Below are positions 31,745 to 32,000 of a DNA stretch of 32,000 nucleotides, piece by piece. The DNA is taken from the NCBI GenBank assembly GCA_001761425.1, contig CP012986.1:960001-992000 (forward strand). Direction: 5' to 3'. A model generated the notes under the pieces. That model was not told where the DNA came from. It was given only the letters and a program-made list of their open reading frames with translations, and ran no database searches. A program made the position numbers and the translations under genes. The DNA is from Candidatus Saccharimonadota bacterium (GTDB lineage: Archaea > Nanohalarchaeota > Nanosalinia > Nanosalinales > Nanosalinaceae). Numbering within the stretch: the stretch's first letter is position 1; each line of letters opens with the position of its first letter.

Positions 31745-31779
31745 TGGAGAAACTTGCGGAGATTAAACTTTAGTAATTA

Positions 31780-32000
31780 TCACCTGTACTCTTCCAGCGA
31801 GACAGCTCCATCCATATTCTGCTCAAAAACCGGATCCATCTCCGAGTGAGAATCCCTGATACTCTCTGAAAGGCCTTTACCCATGTAGAAGCTTCTCAAA
31901 GGCTGACCTTCGCTGAAAAGACTTACCTGGTAATCGATCTCAGGGAAAGGCATTACCTCCTCGAAGTACTGAGTGTCGTGAAGGCCTTCAGCCTCTTTAT
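31780..32000 (-). CDS. 3' end of a CDS that runs off the window (C-terminal 72 codons)
   Basis: I translated the minus strand manually as ...KEAEGLHDTQYFEEVMPFPEIDYQVSLFSEGQPLRSFYMGKGLSESIRDSHSEMDPVFEQNMDGAVSLEEYR, with the stop at 31780-31782. The composition is acidic like the neighbours, and the product is not recognised. Confidence 0.4.
   Translation of the reverse strand, partial: KEAEGLHDTQYFEEVMPFPEIDYQVSLFSEGQPLRSFYMGKGLSESIRDSHSEMDPVFEQNMDGAVSLEEYR

Larger units (their letters stand above)
1..32000. repeat. Highly iterated palindromic hexamer AGGCCT dispersed through the whole window
   Basis: My manual scan found about 148 copies, roughly one per 215 bp. The order of 5-10 would be expected from base composition. 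One-base variants (AGGCCC, AGGCCA, CGGCCT) occur only at ordinary frequency. Confidence 0.85.

Noticed and set aside
1-32000. I searched for tRNA or rRNA genes, CRISPR arrays, IS elements, integrases and long direct or inverted repeats.
   Set aside because: I saw no T-loop-like GGTTCGAAT/GTTCAAATC context outside coding sequence, no regularly spaced repeats and no transposase-like or integrase-like ORFs. The only dispersed repeats are the AGGCCT hexamer and the three leader elements.

Overview
The window is a 32-kb chromosomal segment of a halophilic archaeon. It is probably a small-genome DPANN/Nanohaloarchaeota-like organism. I infer this from the strongly acidic predicted proteins, roughly 45% GC by eye, archaeal-type information genes and very tight packing with many overlapping or abutting start/stop codons. 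Housekeeping genes are rps6e, aIF2-gamma, rpoE1, spt4, rps24e, rps27ae, rps15, a RecJ-like DHH nuclease, an ITPase, a photolyase, trkA, trkH and a histone-fold protein. The t6A genes kae1, a short YrdC/Sua5 gene and bud32 lie in one tightly packed gene string that also holds two Kef-type antiporters. I saw no rRNA, tRNA, CRISPR array, transposase or integrase. Four things stand out. (1) A 7.4-kb cluster at 9095-16504 has five ATP-grasp ligase genes: one degenerate and one intact RimK-like gene, plus three tandem YheC/D-like paralogues. They are flanked by an MscS channel fused to a catalytically degenerate C39-like domain and by a divergent HExxH peptidase resembling the DUF1704/MATCAP family. 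This is a candidate ligate-and-trim peptide-tailing system or a stepwise oligopeptide-synthesis system. (2) The palindrome AGGCCT occurs about 148 times by my manual count, against roughly 6 expected. It appears in all codon frames, on both strands and at gene boundaries, with three conspicuous AGGCCT-free gaps. (3) Paralogous 34-35-codon upstream ORFs abut spt4 and rps24e, and a truncated third copy lies before rps15. (4) An AGGCCT-free two-gene module encodes a Tat-signal protein and a cysteine-rich secreted or anchored protein. All family assignments come from motif recognition by eye and need profile or structure searches.
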